Positions 1-13,749 of a DNA stretch of 64,000 nt are shown here, piece after piece. The translations under genes were made by a program, and so were the position numbers. Origin of the DNA: Octopus vulgaris (Eukaryota); the NCBI GenBank assembly GCA_951406725.2, contig OX597836.1, positions 30,628,001-30,692,000 of the forward strand, given 5' to 3'. Below the pieces are notes generated by a model that was not told the DNA's origin, did not search any database, and saw only the letters and a list, made by a program, of their open reading frames with translations. Every line of letters starts with the position of its first letter. Within the stretch, counting starts at the first letter, position 1.

Positions 1-1446
1 TGATCTTGACTGTTGACAGCTTTGTCTGTTGATCTGCTCAGCATTTGGTGATTGTCACCATTGTCTCAGTAAGTTCATCTGTTGAAATAGTTCACATCCA
101 CCATGTTGCATCCCATGATTTCAGTGTACCCTGGTTGAAATTTAATCCATAGCTGGGACCCTGACAGGTGCTACCACTCCAGGTCAGAGTAGACCTGAGA
201 GCAATAGTGGCTAAGAGATGGTTCCAAACTCCACAAAACCCTGGAACTCCCAAATCAGTGTCCCACTACCAGATGCAGTTTAAAGTCTATGCTTATTTGT
301 TAGTAGTGCTCTTTCCATACGAATACAAACTATACTTGTAAAAATTTTTTTTAAAAATAAATGGTCCTGGCTGGAATGATTAGGGCTGACCTGTGACCAA
401 ACAACTAGTAAAATACATTGGCTATTGTAGTATTAAGTATATTGTTGTTCATTTTAAAAATTGCAGAAGAAAAACATGAAATAGTATACTAACTGAAAAG
501 CTATTTTTTATCAATGGTCTGCTCAGTGGAGTTTTCAAATAAATGCACACGCCACACACACCACATTGTAACAAAAAATTTCTTTTGTAAAAATTTGCTT
601 TTCCTTATCTCTTGTGTTAAAAACACAACCCAGAAAAAATCTACCCCCTGAAAAGTCAGTTTTAGTTGCTTGCATACTACATCATAACACAGAAATAAAG
701 AGGAAACTTAAAAGAGAATTTGTGAAAATTTTTTTGACCGAGTTGCAATCTCCTGAAAGAGTTACAGCTGGTTGCATACTCCAAGATGGAGAAGGAAGGT
801 GGCATTGTAAAATTCTTTGCAGAATCTCTAATGTTTGAAATACAGAAATTTGAAATTTTTGGATTATATATTTTAAATGTAGATGGAGATGGAGTAATAA
901 GAAGGAAAAAAAAGATATTTTAACAAATTCAGGTGGGTACTTAATTTGAAATTCTGCAATATATTTGGTTGGGGGGGGTGAAGCCAGAAATGGGAAAGTT
1001 GAAGCTGCTTGTGTAAAGTCAGAGATGGAAATGTTGGCAAAAGCAAAAAAAAAAAAAGAGAGAGAAACTTAAAATCTTTTTAGTAGAATTGTAATCTCTC
1101 CACTATTTAAAAATATAGAAGTCAAAAGAAATTTACTGCCGTCTGCTCAGGTATTCACTTGGGGTTATACAGCAGATAAAAAGAAAAAAAATTAAAGTTT
1201 TTTGTTTTTGTTTTTAGCCAGATGTTTGAAAAATATTTTTATGCTCAACAGCATTTCTGAATCATTACATTCTGAGTTCAAATTCAACCAAGGTCGACTT
1301 TCCTTTCATTCATTTGAGGGTGATATGTAATAAGTAGCAGTCAAGTACTAGGGGTAAAGTAATTGACTTGATCCTGCTATTGACTATAAAAAAGAAATTA
1401 CTAGTCTTGTGCCAAAATTTGAAAACTATTATTATGGAAAAACTAC

Positions 1447-1450
<4 letters not shown>

Positions 1451-1506
<56 letters not shown>
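1451..1506. repeat. (TA)n microsatellite; others at about 26901-26932, 34170-34256 and 48739-48812
   Basis: Direct reading. Confidence 0.95.
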
Positions 1507-1508
<2 letters not shown>

Positions 1509-1892
1509 CACAGGCGTGGCTGTGTGGAATGAAGCTTGCTTCCCAACCACATAGTTCTGGGTTCAGTCCCACTGTGTCGCACCTTGGGCAAGTGCCTTAT
1601 ACTACAGATTCAGGACAACCAAAGCCATGTGAGTGGATTTGGTAGGTGGAAACTGAAAGAAGTTTATCGTATATGTATATATCAATGAGTGTGTTTTTGT
1701 GTCTGTGTTTGTCCCCCACCACAGCTTGTCAACCGATGTTGGTATGTTTACGTCCCGGTGATCTAGCGGTTCGACAAAAGACACCTGAAGGCTTTTAACA
1801 AAAATAAGACCAGGGGTCGATCTGTTCGAGTTAATCCCTTCAAGGCGGTGCCCCAGCATGGCCGCAGTCAAATGACTGAAACAAGTAAAAGA
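1507..1892 (+). mobile_element. tRNA-derived SINE, family A (full length)
   Basis: Head GGC.CAGG.GTGGCTGTGTGG (A box) and GGTTCAGTCCC (B box); internal microsatellite; tail ATGACTGAAACAAGTAAAAGA. Many copies in the window. Confidence 0.85.
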
Positions 1893-3026
1893 TATTTGAT
1901 GATATATAAGACGCACATCTTACCCCAAAAAAGGTTAAGAAAAGAAAGCCAAAAAAAAACCACTTGGTTGTGTACGAAAAGATGCTTTAAATATTACATG
2001 CTTTAATGCACTAAAAATTCTTTTTTCTGAGTATGTGAAATGAAATTTGGGATGCATCTAAAATGCCATCATTTTTCAAAAATACCGATTTTTGGACAAA
2101 TACCTACACAAACGTGTTCCTACCCACCTACTTAGTTTTCTCGTAACTTTCAGAAAAATTGATATTTTTCGATGAAATTTTGCACAAACACTTTTCAAAT
2201 GGTATAGATTCAGATTATATCAGAATCTGTTGTGAAAAAAAATTATTTTTTTTTCAGAGAGGGTGGAGAGGAGTTTCGGATAATTCACACATCCCGGTTT
2301 TGTTTCCTTACAACTTTCAGGAAAATAGGTACTTTTTAAATGAAATTTTCTACAAATACCTTTCAAATGGTGTACATTACGACTTCACGGGAATTTATTT
2401 CGAACGAAAAAAAAAAACAAAAAAAAAAGGATTTAGTGGGCACATACACATACATACTGACATTCATCCCATAATTTTGAATTCTGATGTAATCGGAATC
2501 TACACCAGCTAAAAGTTTTTGTTTTTCTTTTCTTTTCTTGTTTTTGTACAAAATTTCAATAAAAATATCCATTTTTTCTCTGAAAGTTGTGAAGAAACAG
2601 GATCGGGGGAGAGGCACACTTCTGTGAGTATACCTTAAATACTCTATTTAATAACCTGTAATTGAAAAGTGCGAGATAGCTTAAGGCTTACATAAAAGGA
2701 AACTGGCGTAACTACAAAAGCCTTGTGCCCCACCAACCGACTTTGGTTTCATTATAACTTTATTGAAAATGTCTATTTTTTTAATGAAATTTTCCAGAGA
2801 TACGTTTTCGAATGTGTAAATAACGAACATCCCGATAAAATTTGGAGGGATTTTTTTTTTCTTGGGAAACAAAGTCGATGGACACACTCATGTACAAAAG
2901 TGTTTCCTCATATCTTTCTTTAAAATGCATACTTTTTAAATAAATTTTCCTGAGGTACATTTTCGAGGATGTACAGTACAATTACTCTGATAAAATACGA
3001 GAAAAAAATAGAAAATTTCACTAATA

Positions 3027-3390
3027 GGCGCAGGAGTGGCTGTGTGGTAAGTAGTTTGCTTACCAACCACCTGGTTCCGGGTTCAGTCTTACTGCGTGGC
3101 ACCTTGGGCAAGTGTCTTCTACTATAGCCGCGGGCCGACCAAAGCCTTGCGAGTGGATTTAGTAGACGGAAACTGAAAGAAGCCCGTCGTATATATATGT
3201 GTTTGTCCCTCCCAACATCGCTTGACAACCGATGCTGGTGTGTTTACGTCCCCGTAACTTAGCGGTTCAGCAAAAGTGACCGATAGAATAAGTACTAGGC
3301 TTACAAAGAATGAGTCCTGGTGTCGATTTGCTCGACTAAAGGCGGTGCTCCAGCATGGCCACAGTCAAATGACTGAAACAAGTAAAAAGA
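3027..3390 (+). mobile_element. SINE family A (full length)
   Basis: Closely similar to the 53768-54150 copy. Confidence 0.9.
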
Positions 3391-3730
3391 ATAATATGCA
3401 TTTACCAAAGTCAAATAGAAAAACTGGGGAGAATGATTTTTTTCCGGAAAAAATTTTCTATTTCTAAAAATGTCTCTGGAAAATTTCATTAAAATATATA
3501 TATTTGTAAGAAAGTTGCGGGGAAAACTCCTGAGAGGAGACACTTCTAGAAGTGTGCCACAAAAATTGATGTTGCGTAAATTCCTATATAATTGTAATCT
3601 ATACCATCTGAAAGATATTTGTAGAAAATTTCATAGGAAAAATATCCATTTTTCTGAAAATTATGAGGCAACAAAGTTGGGAGGGAACTTGTGCTTCTAT
3701 GCAACCACTAAGACTGTGAGAAATAGCAGC

Positions 3731-4454
3731 CAAAACACTCAAATCACAGATCACCCTCTTAAAGAAAATAAGGGATATTAGATAATATAGTTCTCACTAT
3801 AATTCCATGTATCAAAGAAAGAACAGAAGAAATGGTCACTTCTTAATCAGGGTTGATCTAGGATTGAATGTTTAATTACTACACTAGGTATAATTCAAAA
3901 TCAGAGGAAAATGGTTTTTCGCTTTTTAGCCTCATTTTTCTTTTGGACATCGACTTCTTCATAGAATGCTTGATCCCTCATCAAACCCCAAAATGTACAA
4001 TAAAAAATAAAGTATTGATAATAATTCTAAAAATAATAAAATTGCAAATAATACAAGCAATATTAAACTCATAAACATACCAAAACACTCAAATCACAGA
4101 TCACCCTCTTAAAGAAAATAAGGGATATTAGATAATATAGTTCTCACTATAATTCCATGTATCAAAGAAAGAACAGAAGAAAGGGTCACTTCTTAATCAG
4201 GATTGATCTAGGATTGAATGTTTAATTACTACACTAGGTATAATTCAAAATCAGAAGGAAAATGGTTTTCCGCTTTTTAGTCTCTTTGTTTTCTTTTGGA
4301 CATCGACTTCTTCATGGAATGCTTGATCCCTCATCAAACCCCAGAATGTACAATAAAGAATAAAGTATTGATAATAATTCTAAATATAATAAAACTGCAA
4401 GAGAGAAAAATAAAACTACAAATAATACAAGTAATATTAAACTCATAAACATAC
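3731..4454. repeat. Tandem duplication of about 350 bp (3731-4080 and 4081-4454)
   Basis: Both copies start CAAAACACTCAAATCACAGATC and end ACTCATAAACATAC; a few substitutions and an indel of about 20 bp. Confidence 0.95.
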
Positions 4455-5884
4455 CGTTTGTATATTAAATTACTCGACATCATTAATGAGAGGGATATGT
4501 TTGATGTATTCTTTCAAAGGCATTGATATATTTGCTGGAGTGGGAGGTTTTCCTCTTTCATAGTAAAACTGTCTTTGCGCAGCGAAAATCAGCTTCAGCC
4601 ATGTACCAAGTCGGGAATGTAAGTAAAAATGGCGGAACCGTGGTACTGAGCTTCAGGGAAGCATTTTGATATCATTATTTAAAGAACGGAAATAGTCACT
4701 GACAGTTTTACGTCTAAATAATGATTTAGCTTCGAGATAACACACTTTTCAATGAAATTCATCCTGTGAAATTCAATGTCTGCATTCTCTGTTTTCAAAT
4801 TAATTCGATGTAACAACCCAGTCAATTACAAGCACTTTCTCCATGTCTTTGAAACGTACTTTAAAGTCTTCCGTTAATTTTTCGCAACAATCTCTGATAT
4901 TTTCATTAATTTCTTTTAAGCCAAACACTAAAAGAGGACACTGTTTAACCCCAGTCACTAACGCACATTTTTCTCCAGGTCTTCGAAATGTACTTTAAAG
5001 CCTTCCGTTTTCGGAGTTCTTTTTCTATGCAAGATCTCCATGTCACGATCTGTTTCCAGTTCCTCCTTTTGATTGAAAAATACTTAAAACCTCTTTAAGA
5101 CAAAGTAGAGACGTTTAAAACAGGTTAATATAGACTTGGATGCCTCTTAGTTTGAGATCAAACGTTTTAGTATATATATATTTCCCTGACAAATATAGCA
5201 GACTATCTCTTTTGCTTGTTCCTACTTCAACAGGTCACGTGGAGGCTATGGTTTATGGTTCTACGGCAAGACACTCTACAGGCTAATTGTACAAGTCTTT
5301 GTATATTTGCTTCTTGACAAACACCTGGTTTCCACGAGCAAAAATAATGGGAGGATTTTTATTCTTCATCAAATAACAATTTCAAATTGAGAGAATGAAA
5401 TTTATATAGACTTGATACACACCACCTAAGAGGCTTTTTTTTCAAATACAAAGTGTATTACAGAATACATATGTAAAGAACCGTTTCTCTGAATATGGCG
5501 GCAAATCGCCGGTGATGGCTGCCGTACCGTAGAAAACTGGTAAATTTACCCACCGGAATTTGACTTTGTTTCTTTATAACTTTCATAAAAATTGTTATTT
5601 TTTAGTGCAATTTTCTGCAAATACCTTCGATGGAGTAGATTACGATTATATCAGAACATAATATGAAAAATATAAACAATGGGGGCGGTGTGCATACACA
5701 CTAACACATTACATACATTTTTCAAAATTTCAAGTTTTATTTTGCTTAAAAAGGTATTTGAAGAAAATTTCATTAAAAAATATCCACTTTTCTGACAGCT
5801 ATGTGGAAACTATGTTGGGGTTGGGGCATAATTACGTAGGTATGCCACCTACCTTTCGCATCATCTTCATGATACGGTTAACCT

Positions 5885-6400
5885 GCAGATTATTCTTCTT
5901 AGATCCGTTTGGTGCCTTTGAGCAGCACAGTCAGTGATCGCCAACTATCTCTGTCTCAGGTCAACAGGTACACTTCTTCCCCTGCATAGGTCTTCTTTGA
6001 AGGTACTACGCCACATCGACCCCAGTGCGTAACTGGTACTTAATCGACCCCGAAAGGATTAAAGGAAAAGTCGATTCCGCCAAGGTCGACTTTGCCTTTC
6101 ATCCTTTCGGGGTCGATAAATTAAGTACCAGTTACGCACTGGGATCGATGTAATCGACTTAATACCTATGTCTGTCCTTGTTTGTCCCCTCTGTGTTTAG
6201 CCCCTTGTGGGTAATAAAGAAATAGGTACTACGCCATATCTTCTTTGGCCGACCTCTTTTTCTATTAGCTTCCAGCGGCATCCAGCCCATGGCTGTTTTG
6301 GCAAGACTCTGCTATGGCAACCTTAGTATATATCCAGCCATTCTCATTCGTCGTTCGGTTACAATTGCATGCAGGGGCCTTATTCTTGCTGCTTGGATGA
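5885..6400 (-). pseudogene. RTE-clade LINE ORF2 C-terminal fragment, interrupted by the SINE at 6014-6223
   Basis: Removing the SINE and one TSD gives AIVTERRMRMAGYILRLP*QSLAKTAMGWMPLEANRKRGRPKKIWRSTFKEDL, the typical RTE R.RGRP..W motif. Confidence 0.8.
6014..6223 (+). mobile_element. Family B SINE with an inverted 5' segment
   Basis: 13-bp TSD AGGTACTACGCCA (6001-6013 and 6224-6236); 6014-6074 is the reverse complement of 6086-6150. Confidence 0.85.
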
Positions 6401-6419
6401 GGGGATTTAAAATGAGTAA

Positions 6420-7140
6420 ATTCACTGGGAGTGACGACAGTGAAATTTGATCATTTCCTGTAAACAATTTATGTAAAATAATCGACGGAATGTGATTTCA
6501 TAGGAACAACTCTGCTTCCTGTACGACTCAGTGGGCGTGTAGGGGCCATCATGTATCGACATATAAGCCACCAACTTGCCTTCGTAATGATCTCCGTAGC
6601 TGGATATAATGATTTTGACCGGAGTACCTAAAATGCTATTTCTGAAATACTCAAGACATCTCTTAGAAGTATTATACATGTACGCACCTGTGGACGCGAC
6701 ATATAGGAGTAGTAATGATGTTAAAATAAAAGGATTGCTATAAATATGTTTGTCACTTTCTTAAAGGCCTAAACTGCAAGCTAATCTGAGATACTTTGCA
6801 AACATGAATTCACGTATAGTATAATAGTCCAAACCTATAATATTTCACTCAGGCCATAAGAATATTTAAACTAATGAGAGTTGACTGGTCGAGTTCAATG
6901 GAAAACTTCTAGCAATGTTTGAAAGCAAGGCTTTCTTAGCATTATCGGTCATTTCATCAATACGTCGTTTCAGTGTATCTGCACTTAGGAGCCAGCATTT
7001 TTAGAACAACTGTCTTTTTGCATAACATTTTCAGTCCAGTCACTTGTCGATATGAGCCCGTCAGCTGTAGTATACTATTTTTTCTTTGCTATATATTCAT
7101 CCAGGCCTCTTACATTATCAGCATCGATGGGTGCTTTAAA
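6420..7140 (-). pseudogene. Degenerate hAT (Charlie/Buster-type) transposase remnant
   Basis: Frameshifted LSADTLKRRIDEMTDN...FSIELDQST resembles the PLS.NTV.RRI..M...FSLQLDEST signature; downstream HDG and HC motifs. Confidence 0.6.
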
Positions 7141-8944
7141 AACCATCTTTAGATTTACGAATTAAACGAAGTAGCTGTCTGGCAGAATCGTTAGCACGCC
7201 GGATAAAATGCTTAGCGGCATTTCTTCTGGTTTTACGTTCTGAGTTCAAATTCTGAAGAATGTCGACTTAACCTTTCATACTTTCAGAGTCAATAAAATA
7301 AGTACCAGTTGAGCACTGGGGTTGATGTCATCGACTAGATGCCCCTTCCATCAAGTTTCGGGCTTTGTACCTATAGCATAAAGAAATTTACGGTTTAAAT
7401 GCACAGCTACCAGCTTACGAACACCTCTTGGAGTACTCACGGGTTGTTACTACACTATATAGTATCAACATTGCATTGACACTCCCTAATTTTTGCTATA
7501 CTAACATATTTTAAGAGGCTACAAAAATGAATAAGATTAACTTGTTCATGAAATATAACAAAAAAAACTAGAGCGTATAGAGTTGAAATTTGTCCATTCA
7601 TGCAGTTATTAAATGTTTCACTGTCTAATGATATACAATAAATAATTGTAACTGTTTTAGGAAATAATATATGATAAACAATAAAAACTAATTATATACA
7701 AATCAGAAATGTCTATCAGCAAATTTATTTTATGTATTTTTATTTAGGTAATCTTTCGGCTTGTGACCACAAATTCAAAGTGGAAAATTATTTTAAGCAA
7801 TCGGTATTGATATTTTGAAGGAGAAAAAAATAATGAAATTGGAATAAAAAAATTTTCGTTATCGTAATCTCGATATTTTTACGCCAAGAATCACACACAC
7901 TAAAAGAAATAGACCCAAAATACTAAGTCGGAGATATAAGAGTTGAAAAGTTATTTTAGAGGTAATGGCTGCGGTTGAAAACAGGAATCTTTTCTCTTGA
8001 CTTTTATTTGTTTCAGTCTCATTTGACTGCGGCCATGCTGGGGTACCGCCTTGAAGGGTTTTAGTCGAACAAATCGACTCCAGGATTTTTTTAAAGCCTA
8101 GTTCTTATTCTATCACTCTCATTTGCCGAACCGCAAAGTTATGAAAACGTAAACACATCAACCCCGGTTGTCAAACGGTAGTGGAGGACAAACACACATT
8201 TTTTTTTTTTTTTTAGTGATGTGTCTTTATTTGCTATGTCAACGTAAAAATCGACAACTTTGCGTTCTGAGTTCAAACCACGCCAAAGTCAATTTTGTCT
8301 TTCATCCTTTCGGGCTAAATAAGATAGGTAAAATTAAGTACCAGCTGAGCACTGGGGTCGATACAATTAAGACCCTACCCCCAAATTACCGGCATTGTGC
8401 CAAAATCTGAAACCATTATTATGCAAGCAAAGTATTCTGTGAAAGCGCAAGGACTACTGGTAAGGTTGTGCGTTCGATTCCACGACTGAACGGCGCGTTG
8501 TGTCCTAGGATGAGGCGTTTTATTTCATGCTGTCCGAATTAACACAGATGAATGCATCCGTATCAGAATGATGCCCTGTAGACTATTAGCTCATAATGTT
8601 GCAAGTGCAAAATATGAACGGTCCTTGATTGCTATAGCACACTTGATTATTTTTTTTAAATCTGTCGGTCAAAAGGTAAAGATCCATGATAGTGTAGGTA
8701 AGACAACATTACCCAAAGTGTAATTTGAGAGAGATTTAGCTACTGTTTGTTACACGACGAGAAACCACACGAAGCCCTCTCGACTCAGCAATTTCATGCA
8801 ACTGGCTGAGATTCGTTTTCTTTCATTTTTTTTTCTTTTTCTTTTATGCAACTGGTTTAACACTTTAGCATTCAGATTACTGTAAAATGTAATGCTTCTT
8901 TATTCATATTGTTTTGAATTGATCATGCATTATCACATAGCTTT

Positions 8945-9522
8945 AAGGCGGCGAGTTGGCAGAAACGTTAGCACGCCGGGCGAAATACTTAGCCGTATTT
9001 CGTCTGCTGCTACGTTCTGAGTTCAAATTCCGCCGAGGTCGACTTTCCCTTTCATCCTTTCGGGGTCGATTAAATAAGTACCAGTTACGCACTGGGGTCG
9101 ATGTAATCGACTTAATCCCTTTGTCTGTCCTTGTTTGTCCCCTCTGTGTTTAGCCCCTTATGGGTAGTAAAGAAATAGGTATTTCGTCCGCCGCAACCTT
9201 CTGAGTTCAAATTCCGCCGAGGTTGACTTTGCCTTTCATCCTTTCGGGGTCGATTAAATAAGTACCAGTTACGCACTGGGGTCGATATAATCGACTTAAT
9301 CCGTTTGTCTGTCCTTGTTTGTCCCCTCTGTGTTTAGCCCCTTGTGGGTAGTAAAGAAATAGGTATTTCGTTCTGAGTTCAAATTCTGCCGAGGTCGACA
9401 ATGCATTTTATCCTTTATAAAAGGAGTCGATGATAACTTAAGTACTAGTTGCGTACAGGGGTCGATCTAATCGACTGGTCCCCTCCCCCAAAATTTCGGG
9501 CCTTGTGCCTAGAGTAGAACGG
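8945..9522 (+). mobile_element. Composite trimeric family B SINE inserted into a TTAA MITE
   Basis: Three SINE bodies joined at GTATTTCG. 16-bp TSD ATTATCACATAGCTTT (8929-8944 and 9523-9538). The host MITE resumes on both sides (about 8858-9632). Confidence 0.85.
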
Positions 9523-9615
9523 ATTATCACATAGCTTTGAGATTTCAATGATCTGATTGATTATTTTTAGAATGACATTGTAAAGTAGGTCTGAGAGGCC
9601 AGATCCGGGCGGTTG

Positions 9616-9851
9616 AAATGCTAAAAGGTTAAGTATCAATGCATATATATTGAAACTGTAAGGTTCCATCACCAGTCCCATAAAGGAGGGACCTTCTAAC
9701 CTAATCATTCGACAAGCTAGAATAAGTAGCCAAATGCTAAAAGGTTAAGTATCAATGCATATATATTGAAACTGTAAGGTTCCATCACCAGTCCCATAAA
9801 GGAGGGACCTTCTAACCTAATCATTCGACATGCTAGAATAAGTAGCCAAAT
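9616..9851. repeat. 116-bp near-perfect tandem duplication
   Basis: AAATGCTAAAAGG...GAATAAGTAGCC twice, with one visible mismatch and AAAT microhomology at the junctions. Confidence 0.95.
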
Positions 9852-12791
9852 TCCTTCAACCCACACCCTGCCATCTTGAGCAAACAACACCATTTTGATA
9901 ACAACATTAGCTGCATTGCCGAAAATAAGATGAAATGATCGCAGATTGAATGTTTCCATCATACTTTTTTTTTTCGATCAGGTTCGAACTAAACCACAAT
10001 ATTCCTGCAACTGACTCGGAACTAAACCACAGCATTCCGGCATCTTCGATTAAATTGATTGACTGTTATTAGTTTTAATAAGGACTGATTGACTCACAAA
10101 TCGATTCCATTTAATTAATATCATTATTGTTTAAACCCACCCACCCTCCAGATCAACTTTGATCAAAGGCGTTCCAGCTGTGACCATTCTCATTTATTTC
10201 AGACAATGCTGGTGTTTAATTCAGTCGGTACTGATTGAACAGATCTATGATCAAAGGCGTTCCAGCTGTGACCATCTTATCTTATATATATATATACACA
10301 TATATATACATGTGTGTGTGTGTATATATATATCTATGTATATACACATATATATATACATGCATGTGTATGTGTATATGTATATATATATATATCTTTA
10401 TTATCAAACAACATCTTTTACCTTTTAATTTTTCATTCATTGGACAGTGACGGGGCATCGCCTTGAAGGGGTTTAGTCGGACAAATAGACCCAAGTTCTT
10501 ATCTTTATTTTTAAACCTGGTACATATTCTATCGGTCTCTGATGCCGAACTGCTAAGTTACGGGGGGAGGGGAGGCATAAACAAAGACCGGTTCTAAAGC
10601 TACATCATCCAAATGCTCTTATTTTTAAGACGGTAGGATGGGATTTGAGAGAGAGATTTATTTGGCTACTATTTCTAGCAAGTTGAGCGATCACACTCCC
10701 TTGCCGATGTGCTGTTGTTGGTATAGATGTTTAACCCTAGGTCAGCAAGACTTTGAAACAAAAGCATTTCACGTGTGATTATTCCGTACTTTATTCAAAT
10801 GGCGTGTAATTTATATCGGACTATATTTCTTCTTTTTTTTTTTTTTTTTACACAATGCGAAAAGATATCAGGAAGATTCGACTACTATTTCAAGCAGTTC
10901 GAAAGGTCACGAAGAGGTTCGTCTTTGTAACTTAGTCGCACTTTTTTTTTTTTTGTTTCCCCATATATAAGTAATATCTGGGATTACATTATTTGCACAT
11001 TGCTTCCTTTTTTTTTTTTTAAGCCGGTAAGCTGTGATTTAAGGGAGATTTAGCTGCTATTTCTAGCAGTCCGTAAATGCTCCCTCGTTAATACGAACAA
11101 GGTTGAAGAGAGCTAAGGGGTACAAATTAATGTCTTTTAAAACAACACACGTTCGAATCAGCAAGCCTGCCCATTCCATTTTAGGACGATACGGAAAGAA
11201 TAAAAGTGCAGAGAAGTTAAAAATAATAATAAAAAAAAAACCTTCCACGTATAATGTAGAAGGAACAATTCCAAAAATGCTAACTCCCCCACCCTATTCT
11301 ACTAAAAGCCAGGGAGCCACTACATGGACGTTAAAAATGCTCTCAAATCACATACCACCCGAGTGTCATAGACATTTAAAGACATTCGATAATATAAGTC
11401 CTATATAACAAACACTATGCCTTCAAAAAAAACAAGCGGGATAGTCACGACTGGAATAGTTTCCATCAAAGATCATTTGGTCAGGGTTGAAGCGAAATAG
11501 TACAGGGTGCTTCTTGAATGTAATCGCTCGAGTTTTTAAGATATATAAGCAGTCTCCCTAATATCACACTCTGTTGTCTCAAAACAAGAACACTTTTAAT
11601 AACCTAGTCCTTAGATAATACTTTGTCTTTAAAAGGAAGGACGAGATGGTCATAACAGGAACGGTTTTGATTATACATCGGCTTGATTAGGGATTGAATT
11701 GGGTATAAACAACATTCCCCCTTGTAATTTTTTTATCTAGAAAAAAAAAAGTGGGTGTACTAGGAATGGCATGTTATAACAGGAAAAAAACCCAAAATAT
11801 CCTTATTTCTCACCGACTGAGACAATTATTAACAATCTGTCTTTTATTGAACAATGAATATAGATTTTCTTGGGAGTAATTACTTCGTCGATAAATTGAA
11901 TATTATTCCTAACAATATATTTACAATGGAATGAAATTTGTTTAATAAATCAAACATTTACAAACATTTCTTTCTAAATATTACATAAACACTTTTTAAA
12001 TATTATCATCTAAAGTGTCTTAGATCTTTTTAACAATTCCTTTTAAGCGAAAAACTAAGAGGAAACCGTTTAACCCTAAGTCAGCCCTGATCGAAAAAGA
12101 CTTATGATCAAGGGTGCTTCAGTCGTGGCCATCCCATCTATTAACCGACAATATATCTAGGACAACGTTATCCAATGTGCCCCTCCTTTTTTGATAAGAC
12201 AGTAGGGTGTCATTTGGGGGGTAATTCGCTTGTTAGAACTAGCAGGTCAAGTTATCTTATAAGGAAGGCTCTCTACTTTGCTAGTCTTGTATGTGGTGGG
12301 TCGCTCGACTTGCTAGAAATAGAAACAAAATTCCACTTCCTCGCTCATACATCCTACTTCATTGAAAACACAAGGATATAACTTAGTCCTAGATACACTT
12401 ATGCCTAAAAATAACAAGATGTGTTGGCCATGACTAGAATATTTTCGTCTCCATAGATTTGCTCATTCAAAGCTTACCTGGTGCTAAATAACAAGCGAAT
12501 CTATGTAAATTGTTCCGCTGCCTTATAAAACGAATCCCATAGTTAAATCATCCCCCACTGTCTTTTAATAAGGAAAGATACACAGAATAACGTGGTTCTA
12601 AATACAATATGTCTAAGTGAAAAACTGGATGGCCACGATTGGAACGTCAGTGATCTTATATCATTAATTAAAGTACACAAGTCTGTCTATATTTCATAAT
12701 TTGCCCACGTTTACTATTTTGTTTTTCTAATTTCTAAATCATACAAATAAACTTTAAACATTTGTTCTGTTACCCTAAATATTTTTTTCTG

Positions 12792-13465
12792 TACACACAC
12801 ACACACACACGTATACACACACTCACTAATATGTAGACACATATCAACATATGCACACACACATCTATATATATATATTTACATACACACATCTACCCAT
12901 ATATCTTGATACACAAACACATCTACATATATATCTGCATACACACACACATGTACATATATATGTACATATATCTACGTGTATACGCACACATCAACAT
13001 ATATCTACATATACACACACATCTATACATATCAACATACACACACATTTACACATATCTGTATACACTTACACATCAACACATCTCTGCATATACACAC
13101 ACATCTATACATATATCTACATACACACACATTTACACATATCTGCATACACACACTTACACATCTGCACACATCAACACATATCTACATATACACACAC
13201 ACATCAACATATCTCTACATATACACACACATCTATACATATATCTACATACACACACATTTACACATATCTGCATATACACACACTTACACATCTGCAT
13301 ACACATACACACACATCTAAATATACACAAACCTACACACACACACGTGTATCTGTATCTATCAACACACAACTATACGTATACACACACACACATTTAA
13401 CACGAAACCAACAACATATATACATATACATATATACATATACACATACACACACACACACATGT
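12792..13465. repeat. Cryptic (AC/AT)-derived minisatellite
   Basis: ACACACAT, ATCTACAT and CATCAACAT motifs repeated in higher-order blocks. Confidence 0.9.
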
Positions 13466-13749
13466 ACATGCTGTAGCTCGTAGTATTAGCTGTCGGTTTT
13501 TTAAAAGTAGCGCAATACGGTTAAATTAAAGTAAACGATTTAGTAAGAAATGCCTTGTCCCATCTGATAATTGCTAAACCCCTTTTACACAGAGCTGTCT
13601 TCTCCGCGCCACACAACGGAAGACTAACCGAGCCAACGAGGGAGCTCCGATGTGGTTGCCAGGAAATGCTTGAAACAGTAGCCAAATGTCCCTTTTCAAG
13701 TCACACCCAGCCTTACCCTCTTAAACACAAGATCGATAATGTGCGCCTA

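Noticed and set aside
4601-4624. Plus-strand mini-exon ATG TAC CAA GTC GGG AAT|GTAAGT
   Set aside because: No downstream plus-strand exon found before LEO1; too short to support.
12851-13483. Overlapping 113-210 aa His/Thr/Ile/Tyr-rich ORFs
   Set aside because: Translations of an AC/AT minisatellite; open in all three frames because of composition.
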